Positions 48,671 through 61,200 of a stretch of 64,000 bases of DNA are shown here, piece after piece. Source of the DNA: Piedraia hortae CBS 480.64 (Eukaryota); the NCBI GenBank assembly GCA_010093745.1, contig MU005985.1, positions 1-64,000 of the forward strand, written 5' to 3'. The notes under the pieces were generated by a model, which did no database searches, was not told where the DNA came from, and saw only the letters and a program-made list of their open reading frames with translations. Made by a program: the position numbers and the translations under genes. The first letter of the stretch is position 1. Every line of letters begins with the position of its first letter.

Positions 48671-49302
48671 TTTGTTAACGAGTAAGGATGGCCGGATCCC
48701 CTAGTCTTGGACTGGAGGGGCTGTGATGATTTCTGTAGTTATCTCGATCTAGAAGCTATAATCTGACGACGAATTATGTCCATGCATTCGCAGAGGAAGC
48801 AGTTCTATGAACTGACATGACATCCATGAGCAAACTCCCCTTGGCAGCAGCAGTCGATTGACAAACCTGCGATGAATATAAGCGTCTTTATTGCTTTTCG
48901 TTGAATCGCAAGCCTGTCGGAAAGAGGTGGGGGACAGAATTAAAGTATTTCATTGCTCATTCTACTTTCCAACCCCTATTTGAGTCAGACGCAGTCAATT
49001 TTTGAGTTTAGCTTTGATATACGGAAATTTCGTTTTCTGTGAACCTTAAATTGACCAACGGGATTTGATAATCCGCTTTTGGAAGAAGATAGGATGTGGT
49101 CTCATCTGTTGTTATGGACATGTAGCAGATCCCTCTAGGCACCAACGTCTTCCCAGGCCTAGTGAATGCTTCACTGCATCCAGACGCCAGTGTACGAATA
49201 TGGGAACAATTGCGATGGCGGGTATACATCTCTGACAGGGAAGATCCACGAGAGGCAGACAATGGCCTTAAGGTTATGTACATCCGAAGACAACACTTAG
49301 AA

Positions 49303-49868
49303 TTATTCGTACACAGCATGACCCGTCTCAACCTCCTCCACAACATCCACTTCCATCTCCACTGGCAAATCTTGACTGCCCGAAGGCGCGGCGGAGTCGG
49401 CACCAACTCGGGGAGCAAATCTGGCAGACCCTTCAGCCGGGCCAGGCGCCTTTCTCTTCTTGCCGCCACCGCAACAGAGCTCACAGCGGCAGGGGCGCGG
49501 CTTGCCCTCATAAAGCCATAACAGGTGGGGCAAAAAGCGAACGTAGGAGCGGAAGGGCAACCCCGAAGGGTGCCCAAACATGTAATGGTGTACGCCCTTC
49601 CCCGGGGCGTCAAACCCTGCGTAGCCCTTGGGTAGGCCGGCGAGAACGTACGTGTGCCTGCGGCGCTTGGCCACGCTCTTGCCCCGACAGCAAAGTTGAC
49701 CCATGCCGGCGAGCCAGGCCAGGTCGTTGGGCGTATACTTTAAGACTGGCGCCGGGCGGCAGGATTCTAGGTCGGCATTAGCATTGTGAACAGGTAAGCG
49801 CGTGGGTGGATGAGCGTACCATTCCCGTCGGAGACGAGGGGCGTGCGAAGGTACCGCACGGGAGCCAT
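49303..49868 (-). CDS. Small protein made only of a Clr2 (cryptic loci regulator 2) N-terminal-like domain, 170 aa
   Basis: Exon 1 (49868-49820, MAPVRYLRTPLVSDGN) splices in frame across intron 49819-49767 (GTACGC..CTAAT..TAG) to LAGLPKGY..YMFGHPSGLPFRSYVRFLPHLLWL..CRCELC. Confidence 0.8.
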
Positions 49869-50350
49869 GCTTGCTGCGTGCTTGGTGTTTGCTCGAGGAA
49901 CAAAGAGAACCATGCAGACTAGACGCCACCGCCGAGAAATTAAGTGCGGTGTTGAGAGTCTCGGCGCAGCGACATCATGCCCTCATGTGAGTAGCCTCCC
50001 AGATGAAGTGAAAAAGATGGTCTCATGGATATGTGTGGATGTCAGATTTCCACACATCTCATCATCGGTTCTTGATTACTCGAAAGGATCGGCACAGTGG
50101 GTACTGTGTGAAGAACACGAAGTGTTATACTATGCCAGTGACCAACCAAGAAGTGGACTGCTGTACTTGCCCATAATATCATCGAGTCCAGACCCGTTGA
50201 AGCCTGTCTTTATGATAGCTCACTATACTGCCGAGTTCTGTTAGGAATTATCGAGTGGTGTCTCAAGTTGACCGGGCCACTGCAGGCCATAAGGTGCAAG
50301 TATCTATCCAAGCTCGTAGCAACCTCCTCGGTAGCAGTAGAAAATACGGT

Positions 50351-50371
50351 CAACAACAACAACAACAACAA
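50351..50371 (+). repeat. (CAA)7 microsatellite
   Basis: Read directly from the sequence. Confidence 0.9.
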
Positions 50372-51129
50372 CACCTTGGTCTTAAAGCGCTAAGCGCATC
50401 ACCCATCCTTGAATATTTGTTATTTGTAGTCGGGCCAAGGACTCGTGCTGGAGGAGTCTAGAATATGACAGACGTGGTGCTTCGTTTAGCCAGCCTCGAC
50501 CCCCATCTTCGAGCGACGTAGGTGGGCCCTGTCGGTTGTTCATTGTTGTCACCCATAACTCTCTACTCGTTTTGTTGACCACTCTCCTTGGGCATACTCA
50601 GCCATAAGTAAGCCGAGTAGTCAAGCCGTTCCTAAAAGCCTCTGATGCGGCTACTAATTATTATCAAGCGCTGTGCAGCTTGGGAGCCGAGCTGGCCTTG
50701 ATCTCCTTCAGCTGCGCCCCTCAACCCATAATAGAGCCTCCCGCAAAGCTCCGACGCGTTCGTGAATCTTTAACGTGTATGGCAGGAAGCTTTAACTCGT
50801 AAGGCGTAATTCCCGGCTTCCCGGACCAATTGGTATTTCACCCCGAGCATATCAATGCCATACCTTTTATCATGTTGTGCGCCCTCAAGGTTGAAACACA
50901 GAGGAACTAAAACGGGCGTTGTTGACACAGTGGCAAGAGTACACGCGCCAAGAGCTTTAGTGTCGGATCGATCCGCAAACCACCTTTAAAGTTTTCGATG
51001 CGTCATAGAGAGGGACCACACGTAATGCAGCTAGTCAACATGGGCACAACAAATGAAGGCATATCTCGTAACAGAACTATTGGCTATCTAACAAAGATAA
51101 TAGACACTCAACAGCTTTGACATATGTAA

Positions 51130-52240
51130 TGAACCAGACCTCCAGCATCTTGAAGTTGATCATCGCATCTCTCAAAGGGATCTACCCGCTCACATAGGGC
51201 AAGAACATCGAACTCCGCGTTCAGGGAAAACTCCCATAACTTCCCGAACTTCACGAAGCGGTCCACCTAGTCTGCGTCGTCGACAGCGAAGACTCTTCTC
51301 CGGAGCGGCCGATCGCATCCCAAGATCGCCAGCGTTGACAGCTCAGTCAGCTGGCTGATACATGAGAGCGCGTGCTTGTTCAGCACCGCGTCCGCGAGGT
51401 TTTCGTCGTCAATGCGCAGGTACGTACATCGTCTTCAGATCAGGTACTGTGCAAAGAGCGGCAAAGAATTCTGGTGATGCATTGGTTGGGGCGACATCGA
51501 CGTGATTTAAGCCGCTCCGCACGCGGGCGTAGATGGAGGAATCGCAGCTGCCTGGCCGGCGGCTTGCGAGATCCTGAGGGAGGCACTAGTGTGAGGCCTC
51601 GCTGAGTTGGACAACCTCGTTATTTGACGTCAAGATTGATGAGACCAGAACGTCTGGCGTCTGGCAATGTTCTGCAAGAGGTTCCAGTGGGTGGCCTCAT
51701 TATGGTGGACTACTTCATATTTGGTGCCGAGATTGATGAAACCAAGATGTCTGTCGTTTTGCCATCGTTTAAGAAGACCCTGGATGCGCACCTCTAGGTA
51801 GAGACGCGCACCTAAGGTCTTCATTGTCTGCAATTGTCTCATAAACGCGGCTAGTTTAGAGTCCTGGACGCTACCTACCAAGGGCGTTTCACCTTCTTCG
51901 ACAACGCCCTTGCTGAGTGTGCGGCATTGACGAACTGACTAGTGGAGACCACACTCCCGTCTCCGCAAGGTCGCTGTCCACCTTCGTCGTACGCAGAAGG
52001 TGTTTGATGTGGTTGGCGTAATTCCGCTTATGCCCCATATAGACACGATTCAGCTCCGCAAGGCCGGCTGTGATTTACAAGACTTTGCTTCCCGATCCGG
52101 CCCAGTTACGGCTGATCCTGGTGATGGCGAACGAAGAAGGCCTGTGGCCTTACAAGCAGCCGGAGAATCCGAATAGAAGCTCTGTTGGAATATGGGTTTT
52201 CTTAGACATTGCGTCGGAGTTTGAATTGGGCCATGTCAAG
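51130..52240 (-). pseudogene. Pseudogene paralog of the F-box-like gene at 31022-32185
   Basis: About 51270-51625 aligns closely with about 31275-31626, e.g. the shared TGATACATGAGAGCGCGTGCTTGTTCAGCACCGCGTC. In-frame TAG codons replace Trp codons and there is a frameshift near 51420-51430. Confidence 0.88.
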
Positions 52241-52869
52241 GTGCAGATAGGGAAATGAGCACTGTCCACTGGTACTAGCAACCCGCAATCACACGCAAAA
52301 GTACGTGAGTGCAATGTTCGATCACTGCGATGAGTGTGCGGTGGTGATGCGAAGCGTTCCGACCACACTGGGATAGATACCGCTATGTACATTACATAAA
52401 AATTGGGTTATGCATCTTTTTTAGTGGGAGTCACGTACCCCCTTGTGGGTGGAGGAGGTGCGCACACAAATTTGGTTTGCTTCGTGAGTTTATTATCGTC
52501 ATTATGAATGGAGGATATATCACAGAGGATTTTGCAGAAGACTAGAGATTGGCTGGCTCAGCCGTGGAGATGGAGACTGCCTGCGAAGAGGCAATGTTGG
52601 ACGACATGGATAGTGGGATGACAGGATGGGAATATAGTTGTCTGTATGTAACGACTCAAAAACCCCCTAAACATCTTGCAACTTTCTTGCAAATATGGAG
52701 GCTATCGTGCGTCTGTCTTGCGCAAGCTTGCACTGTCACCTGCCCATTTGCTCTGCCCATCGGTCTTGTACACCCGAAAAGCGAACAAAAAGATAACACT
52801 ATCCCCATACGCTGAGTCCTATGCTAAACACCTCGATGACCTGATCCCCAACTCCTCGCTCAAAAGACA

Positions 52870-54260
52870 CTACCTCCCCTCCCTCAATACCCTGATAGCA
52901 TCATCCGGCGAGTAGCCAATAAACACAGGGCCCGTGAAAACCAACTTTTTCCCATTACCATTTCCATTCCCCTCATCCACGCCACCAACGCCATCAAGGT
53001 ACTCCACGGGAACAGAGATCCCCCATGGTCTGGTCGGGGACTCTCCCACTCTAATTTCGCGGAGCGTTGTATCTCCCTCTTGGGTCGTATTCCCCGCTTC
53101 ACGGGACCTCGTCTTCCTCATAGGGAACTTTTTCTCATTCGTTTCTTGCTTCCCATTTCTGTCGTCACGATGAGGGCTCATCCCACTCACAGGATACTTC
53201 GCCTCATCCCCCTTGGCTTCGTTACGACCTTTCTGCGTCACCCTACTGACAGGACACTTCAACTCCTCCTCAAGCGGCACACTCTCCGCCCACCTCTTTA
53301 TATCCTGATGCCCATCCCCATTGATTAATAAATCCTGATGCTTCTCCCCCAACCCCTTAATCATAGACACAAGATTTCCATACTTCTCATCCAGCTCTTT
53401 GACGCGGGGGTCATCAACGCGGTAGCGTTTCACACAAGCCGTATGGCTTTGCGGGAGCTCGTGCTTATGCCTCTCAAAGTACGACGCGACTTCCTCGGGG
53501 GAGTGTTGGTCTAGGAAGCGCATTGGACAGAGCGCTGCGGTGGCGGTGGCGGTAGGATCTTCGTTAGCTTCCCCCTCCTTATCCGCATACTCCTCCGTAG
53601 AGAACTCCTTATCGACGAGACTACCGCGCCATAAACTCCCCCTTCTCATCTGCGCGTCCCCGCACGCAGCCTCCTTATTATACCTACTCCAGATACTCGC
53701 CGCGTGCGACGACGGATTGTGTGGTCTTGCAAAAGGACAGCCCAGCACACTGGGCCTACCAGGCACTGTGAAATCCTTTTCCAAATCAGACTCAGAAATC
53801 GCCGGCATTGACGGCCTTCCTCCGCCAATCTTCCCCCTCAGGACCTTGACCGCGGTATTCGCATCGCGAACTTTGCGACCGGTGTCAGGCGGACAGCCAC
53901 GTAGTGTATAGACGGCATCTTCCTCGTGGCGCCCATTCTCGCCCGGCAGAGGCGATGGGGACGATGAAGGCGAAGGCGAGAGATTCAGTACAGGGGCGGG
54001 ATATTTCTTTGCTAGTTCGTTGTACTGTACGCGTCAGTTTTACTCTCAGAGATTGTATATGCTTTATCTTCAATGGAATATTGCAGATCTAGAGCTATGG
54101 TGTACTCATCATAGAGGGAGGCTGTGCGTACCTGTTCACGGGCGGTGGCGAGTTTGCGTTCAAGGCCTTTGGTGTGGCTGAAGAGTATTCGGTAGGCTGC
54201 TTGGAGAGCGTCGAAGCCGGACGAGAGTTGGGAGATGAGATGAACGGTCGATTGTTCCAT
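52870..54260 (-). CDS. Conserved fungal protein of unknown function with Cys-Pro motifs; multi-exon
   Basis: Exon 1 MEQST..LERKLATAREQ ends at a GTACGC donor. The main exon has CPMRFLDQHSPEEVASYFERHKHELPQSHTACVKRY, REIRVGESPTRPWGISVP and FTGPVFIGY. Exon structure at 53.8-54.1 kb not resolved. Confidence 0.8.
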
Positions 54261-54689
54261 TAAAATTGGAGGTGAGCGAGGACGTCATGGGGTGAGGTTG
54301 TTGATGCCTTAGGCTGGAAGATAGCTTGGAGAGCCTAATCCTATTTCGGAGGACGACCACAACGAGATGGCATTAACCATATGAAGTCACTAGCTGTTCC
54401 TTGGGATTGGGTCTTTAATCTCATATACATTCCCGCTTGAGACGCATCAAGTACATATTAACGCCTCTTTTTGAAATTCTCTAGGAAGCGCCGTCTGGCC
54501 AACCTGGCATTGAAATTTGCGATGGACTTTGGCCGCACTCGCACTGCACTCACACTGTGTGACGGCCTCTCGTCTCACTCGTAACCGTAAGATTTGGAAG
54601 TGTGGAGGCTTTCCTCTGTCGTTTGCCCAATCATGGCCCCGATCACAACGCGACCTTACTTGCCATTGTCGTATTCTTCAACGAAACTT

Positions 54690-55020
54690 TTTCCTATGTA
54701 TGGGCCAGCGTCGATTGCCACCTCTTAGTGACTGGTAGCTTAAGTGAGATGGCTTTCTTCAGGTCAACCTTCTTCTGCACCTCCTTTACATGCGCGTACG
54801 CCAGGTGGTGGTTGCGTAACCGCTTGTCAATGCCAGTCGCAATGGCAAGGAGGTATTCCACTCCGGCTTCCTTTTGTAAAAGCAATTCACGGAACCTTGT
54901 TGACGGAATGACCAACCATTGAGCGTCACGGGAGATTTGGCTCTTACAACCATTGCGGATGGGGAGCAGACACCCATTGCAATGTCATCGCGCCAGGCCT
55001 TCGAAATCCCGCTTGGCACA
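54690..55020 (-). mobile_element. hAT-like transposase remnant
   Basis: KSPVTLNGWS resembles hAT SLTLDGWTS; ISLKLPVTKRWQST resembles the TRWNST motif. Heavily deleted. Confidence 0.45.
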
Positions 55021-55189
55021 CTGCTCTGCTTGCCTTCAGGTGTGACTGGATAGTGCCCTTGAGAGTTGAGACTGGCGGAACATCTTCAGCGCTGGGTGAT
55101 TTTCAACTGCCATCAAGACAATCAACGATACTTGCGGAATCAAGTTACTCTCAGCCTTTCTTGTGCAACGATATCAAGCCCTGTCGGTA

Positions 55190-55400
55190 TTATCCACCAT
55201 CGTCGTCGGACATGTATGCAACTATAATCTGTCCATCAATGGCTTCAAGCGAGTCTTGAGCATGCTTGTCCGCTGGATTGAGAAACTCTTCGACGTTCAC
55301 CACTCCTGAAATGATGTTAGTATCGGTCAGCTGCTCCAATGCCCGTCGAACATCTGACTCCGCGGACTTTAGGTAATGCGGACGGATTGCCACGAGGGCC
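55190..55400 (-). mobile_element. pogo/CENP-B-like transposase C-terminal remnant
   Basis: VVNVEEFLNPADKHAQDSLEAIDGQII resembles the acidic C-terminus of fungal pogo-like transposases. Confidence 0.45.
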
Positions 55401-55449
55401 TTTTCTAAGGCAAGCCACAATGGTGTCAGTGCGGACGTCCTAGTCCCAC

Positions 55450-56450
55450 GCGGTAATGGCCCGTCCTATCGCCAGCAATGGCAGATTGTTCCTGCCGAGA
55501 GGCGGAGATGCAAGAGTTAGTATGCGAGAAAGAGATTGTGAAAGGGTGGGTTCGCCAAAAAAACGTTCATGTTCTTTGGGATTGACCCACGAGTGTTATT
55601 GGCTGCGCAGAAGTCTCTCCGCTTCTTGTCAGCGATGTGTGCTGCCACTCGGTGGAGGCATTTGCTGCCATTGCTGCGGGGGTCCTTGTTGGAAATATGT
55701 TGGCTGTGGCGGCGGTGCTCACAGCATCTCCTCTTGCCTCTTCTCGATAGCTTCTTCGCAAACCCGCCCCACATTGATGGATCAGGCGCTCTGGCCCGGT
55801 CTTGCAGGCCGACGAGCCCTGGTGTTCTCGTTCCGCCGGTCAATGCGTCCACTAGCAACTCCTTTTGAGGATGACGCCTGAGGTCTGGTTGATGCTTCAC
55901 TTATTCCAGTAGTAGCTGCGCCCCCGGTGCCTTGCGCTAGCAGCTCCGCACCTTCCTCGTCCAGTGAGAACTCCCGTTTCATATCAACCAAGTACCCAGA
56001 CGACACAGAAGCAGCACCTCGAGGCCCCCGTCTCCATCCACGCGGATCATTCCCATTGCATCTCTTTCACAGTATTAGAACGCTCATTCCATGGATCAGC
56101 TGCCAGTCCAGCGAAGAGAAAGTTGATTTGCCATCAGATCAGCCTCCAGATGTCTCTCAAGTCCGTGAACAGGGCGGATTCGCCCATGAAACTCATGGCG
56201 TGTTGTAGGTGCTTCCACCGGGCCCGGTGAGACTGTCGCTAAGGGTTGGGTATAGCTCCGTCCATCCTTTGTAATTGTTCTAGGGACGTTGAGATTTGCA
56301 GAGCAACAGCGTCTATCAGACGCTGGGCCACCGGCTGTGCATTGTGTTCGTCTCTGGAGTATGGTTGGTCATACACTTCATCGATCGAATGCCAGGCCAT
56401 CTGTCTTGGTATGGCCTTCGCGAAGCCCTTATATGCTCCACGCCCACCCA
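55450..56450 (-). pseudogene. Decayed coding-like sequence, possibly gag-like
   Basis: Protein-like fragments broken by stops (P/Q-rich APPPQPTYFQQGPPQQWQQ) lying among TE remnants. No diagnostic motif. Confidence 0.25.
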
Positions 56451-56739
56451 AAAGACAAACTCATGAAGGTTGAACAAATCTCCAAGCCCGTTGTCATATC
56501 CCCTTTCAGAGCACCAGAAAAAAATATCTCAAAGTTTCAGTACTCAGTGAATTCTCCATGAGATTACTGGTTCTCCAGATATCTCAGCATCTCTATCGTC
56601 CGTCGGACTTTGCAAAGCAGCCTGATGAGGTCGACTTCATCAACCCAACTTTAGCCCAGAACCAGGCGTTATGACATGCGGAAACGACGAGACAATCACA
56701 ACACAGCCAGCCCAATCCGCCGTCGCCGTCGCGCTCTAT

Positions 56740-57600
56740 GTTGTGCCAGCGCCGATCATCATCTCGTGCGCTGCGTTTATGACGGTCATCCCAGTCGAAT
56801 GACCGTCGAAGAGTAGGAGCTTCTCCGCCGTATCATTGAGCCCCAGCGAGATGCGTGCTGTGCAAATTCTGCGATGTATTCGGAAAACCTTCACTTCCCC
56901 TGTGTCTCTGAGTTGCTCTGTCCCTTGTCTTTGCGCTGTCCCCTGGATCCTCTGGACCGCCAAAACCGGCCTCCCAGAAATCTTGCATGGTGGTGACTAG
57001 GCAGGTGCCATTGGATAGACCCCAATGGCGTTACAATTTCTTCAAACCGCTGTCCCGCAACGTGAAATAGCAATAGGCTATTTTCACCCTATCGGTTCGG
57101 AACCAATCTACATTTACTTACGTATCATATCCATAGGAAGAAGTTCCCAACTCCTGGGAATTCCTTCTCACGTATACCCCCGCCAAGAAAAGGACACTGG
57201 GTCCGCATACTTCTTTGAGGACATGGTTGGCGTTGGGACCCGCCATTGCACATTGCAGTGTCACGATGTAGTCCTATTTCCAGAGAGACTGGCATTTCCT
57301 CTTTCATGATTGTTTCATCCATGTTGAGATTCCCTGACGTTGTCAGAAGAAAGTGTAGACGCTGGGCTTTGCTGCATGTCCGCCCTCCAACTTCGCTAAT
57401 GGAGAGGAAGGGTTGAATTTTCACAAAACCATCGTGATAAAGTCCCTTGCAGATAGGTGTGCAAGCTCTGAAAAATACGCAGAGTTTCGATTCCCGTAAT
57501 CGTGCTCTCCTCGCGAGGTCGGTGAGTTAACTGTCCGCAGTCTGGGAATGGCTTTCCGTCGCGAGGGCGTCGATTTGAAAACCGGGAGAGCAAGCCCAAT
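56740..57600 (-). mobile_element. Fot1/pogo (DDE_1) transposase remnant
   Basis: LLSRFSNRRP (WVSRF..RHP-like), TLSRWF, NLNMDET and KLLLFDGHS occur in the expected order across frameshifts. Confidence 0.7.
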
Positions 57601-58258
57601 ACCAATCCATCCAGAGCTACGCTCACAAATAGCCACTGAAAATTCGGAACCCTCTAGAAATTTTTCAAGTGATTGGTGTTCTTTCAAGAGGGTGCGAATT
57701 CTTCACAACCTCTTTGAATCCGAAGGAGCAAGTTCACCGATCCATCCAGAGCTATACCCACAAACAGACCCAGCCGAGTCCTTAGGTGGTTCCGCCTTTA
57801 CATATGCCCTGCGGAACCACAGACCAGATATGCTGTGTCTCTTGGGGAAGGAGGTGACGTTGACGTCATCCCCACAACCCAAATTTCTCACTCCGCGCCG
57901 TGATCCCACAGAAAAGTTTTCCCGCCCGTCGCAGTATCCCAGAATTACATAGATTGTAGAGAATGTGCTAAAGGATCCCAAAGACGAGTGTCCAGTACCA
58001 CAGATGAGATACAACTCCCCACTGCTTTCCTAGCCGTGCTCGAAGGTGAAGAATACAGGGAAAATGTAATCACAGTCCATCGGGTCGCCTACACATCTAC
58101 CATCTCCGATACACGTGTGGGTAATGTGCAATGGGAGTGAAGGCTACACACCCCATCCTGTCCAACCCGTTAGGTAAATCAGCACAACCACCGCAAACGC
58201 TGAAAACGATACCCTCTAAAGAGCCGAGCACTTCGTCTCTATATACACTTCTCATTCA

Positions 58259-61200
58259 TTACGGTTTACTGAGCTGTTCCTTTCTGAAGAACGTAAAATA
58301 ACCGATTGGAATCGCCAGTTGGGAAACCAGACAAATCCAGAACCAACAGTTTGCCAGTCCGCCCAAACCGCCCGCAATGCTAGGGAACGTAGGACCGGGT
58401 CCGACTGAATTGAGTCCATCCGCACGGGCAATAATAGTGGCAATAGATCCAATGACCTGCGCTGCCATTAGGGCCCATGTAATGTGTGCGCGGACCATGG
58501 TTTGAAGGAGGAGCATGCCGATGCCGACGCCTTGGATCTAGGAAGATAGTTAGCAATGAAGGGATTTGGGGGATGCAATTTTCTTACTTCGTCAAGAAGA
58601 CCAAGCCAGAGCCAGAGACTGCGTCCGAGGATGGCAGAGGCAATGGGCCCGCCGGCCCAAGGGAGGTACGAGCCCATTGTGCTTGAAGCCCACCATTCCT
58701 GTGCCCAGCGGGGAGCCAGCAAACCCACGGCGAAGAGAGGCAAGAACCAGCTGTGCGTGTCTGATAGGCGTGAGGCGTACCATAGGAACGCAGCCCAGAA
58801 GACACCGAAGAATAAAAAGACTAATCCAACCGTGGCCCCGTCGCTGAGATGTTTCGATGAGAAGAGATAGGACCATGTGCGTCCGTACTGTGCCGAGAGG
58901 AAGATATTCTGTACAAAGGTTGCGATCCAGAACCAGAGGACGATCTTGCGGCGCATGATGGAGCTGTAGAAGTCGGGCACGGCACCGGGCTTTTGACGGT
59001 AGAAATCTGATAGACCCAGGAAGAGCATGGCGCCTACGCCCCACATGAGAAGGGAGATGGGAATGCCGATAGCGGTGAGGCCGGCGCCGAGGTTCTGTGT
59101 CTTGCCTGCGGCGCTCATGCTGGTTAACTTGTCGCCCCAGGCCCACAAGCCGACCGCGTAGAGCTGCTGTGTGCCCTGGATGGCACAGGCACGGAACGCC
59201 CAATCCTTGACCGGTGCAGAGCCGACGCTGCCGAAATTCTGGGCAAAGAAAAGAGAACCAGAGGAAGAGGCGATAGCGTACATACCCGTGGCCACGTTCT
59301 GTACCCAGGCGCGAGAACCCTTTGATGATGACCAGGGGGCAAAGGCCAAGAGGAAAAAGGCCAGACCGTAGAAGACAAACGGAATGGAAAGGGCGAAGCG
59401 AGAAGCCAGACGCCTAAACATGAACCACCAGATCAGAGTCGTGATCAGGTAGATTCCGGCGATGGCATATAGCTGCTCTGCCTTTTGACCAACCTGACCC
59501 GTAATGAGCGTAATCTGGTAAGAGTTGGCAGCTATGATCTGGCCCAGAGCCAGAAGGAACGAGTAAAGCGGCCAATCACCAACCTTGGTCATCAACAGCC
59601 TTCGCACGCCCGTAGGCGGCTGATAATTCTCAGGCAAAAGGAACTGCGACATGGACTCGTCAGTGTCGATGCCCTCGTAGATGGAACCAGCCGGCGTCGT
59701 CGCCTTGGATGCACCTGGAGTGTTATTCCGGCTCATCTTGGCAATGTGAAGACGGTTGAACCACTCCTTCTCCGACTTCTCCAGATACTCCTCAATGCAC
59801 AACTGACTCTCCGAATTCTTGCCATTCAAACTCTCCAGCCGCTTCTCAAACGTCTTGTAATACAAGCCGGTCGGATCCGTGAAGAAAGGCGTGAGTTCCT
59901 GCGGCTGACCCTTCTTCTCGTCCATAACACGTTCAGTTGCGAGCGGCTCCTGCGACATCATGGGCATTTCCTCCCTGAGGGGCGTATGTGGATGTGACAG
60001 GAACGGGTAGTTGCTGCCAGCCCCGTCGCTGCCTGTGATGTTGATTCGAGGCACATTCGGATTGGTCTGAACATCATCACGAGTGCCGTCGCGGAGCTCG
60101 AAGTTAAATTCCGAGTTGAGAGCACCAAGACGCGACCGCCGCTTGGCTTCTTCGGCACGTTCTGTCGAGATAATTTCCTCATCTTCATTTCCATTACGCA
60201 TGCGTCTCCTCTGCCGGTCCTCCTCGTCAAATGAAGAGCGGCGAGCGAGTGCAGCGGCATTGGGTAACGGCCCGCGTTGTGTAGGAAGCGGTGGAGGCTG
60301 CTCGGGAACGTGTCCAGGGCCATGGCGCATACCCAGGGACAATGCACCGTTCCGCGGCGTTGAAGTGCCCGAGCCACCGGTAGGAGAAGACGAACGGGTG
60401 CCCGGACGGCTTGCTGTAGGTGTAGTCATGCCCGTGGGAGTGGCCCAACCGCTACGAGGCGTCATCCAGCCCGGCAAATTAGGAGTGTTCCATCCGCTGG
60501 AAGCCGCACTGCCAGTGTCCATGCCCATACGACGAGCCGAGATCTTGTCCATCTGCTTCTTATGAATCTGGATAGATGCCGTCTGCAGAATCTCGAGGTC
60601 CTCCTTCCACTGAGCAACAGGGAACCGCTGCTTGGCAGAACGAGCACGCATGAGCGCACGGGTTTCATAACTAGACTTGAGTGCACCGGCAATAGCCATC
60701 TTGAACTGATGCATCTGGTGCTTTGTCGTAGTCGACTCAATAGTGTACCACCAACCCGGCATCTGTCCCAAACCACCCACTCGAGAGCCAACGCCAAGCG
60801 CGCCTTTGCGGCCAAACTCGACGGCGACCAAGCCAAAGGGCTCGTCTCGACTGGGGATAAGGGCAAATTCAGCTCCACTAAAGATGAACGGCGGGAGGGC
60901 AGTGAACACGGGCTTGGAGTAGACCCGACCAGGGTACTTCTTCATCATCGTTTCCAGCTTCAGAGCTGCAAACTTTCCGTACAGATCAATTGTTGGCCCG
61001 ACGCACAGCAGCTGCGTATGCGGATATTGCTCAAGCACCGCGGGAAACACGTCGGCGATAAGGTCGATTCCCTTTTGCATGGACCAACGGCCGACAAAGA
61101 CGAAGAGATCGGCGTCTTCCCTCTGCTCGAGACCAGCCCATTCTTGTGCCTGCTGCTTGAGCGCCGCACGCCCGCTCTCGTACACCGGATCGATCGTAAC

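Noticed and set aside
50600..50950. Possible gypsy integrase tail (PYELKLPAIH on the minus strand)
   Set aside because: A single short motif with no supporting context.
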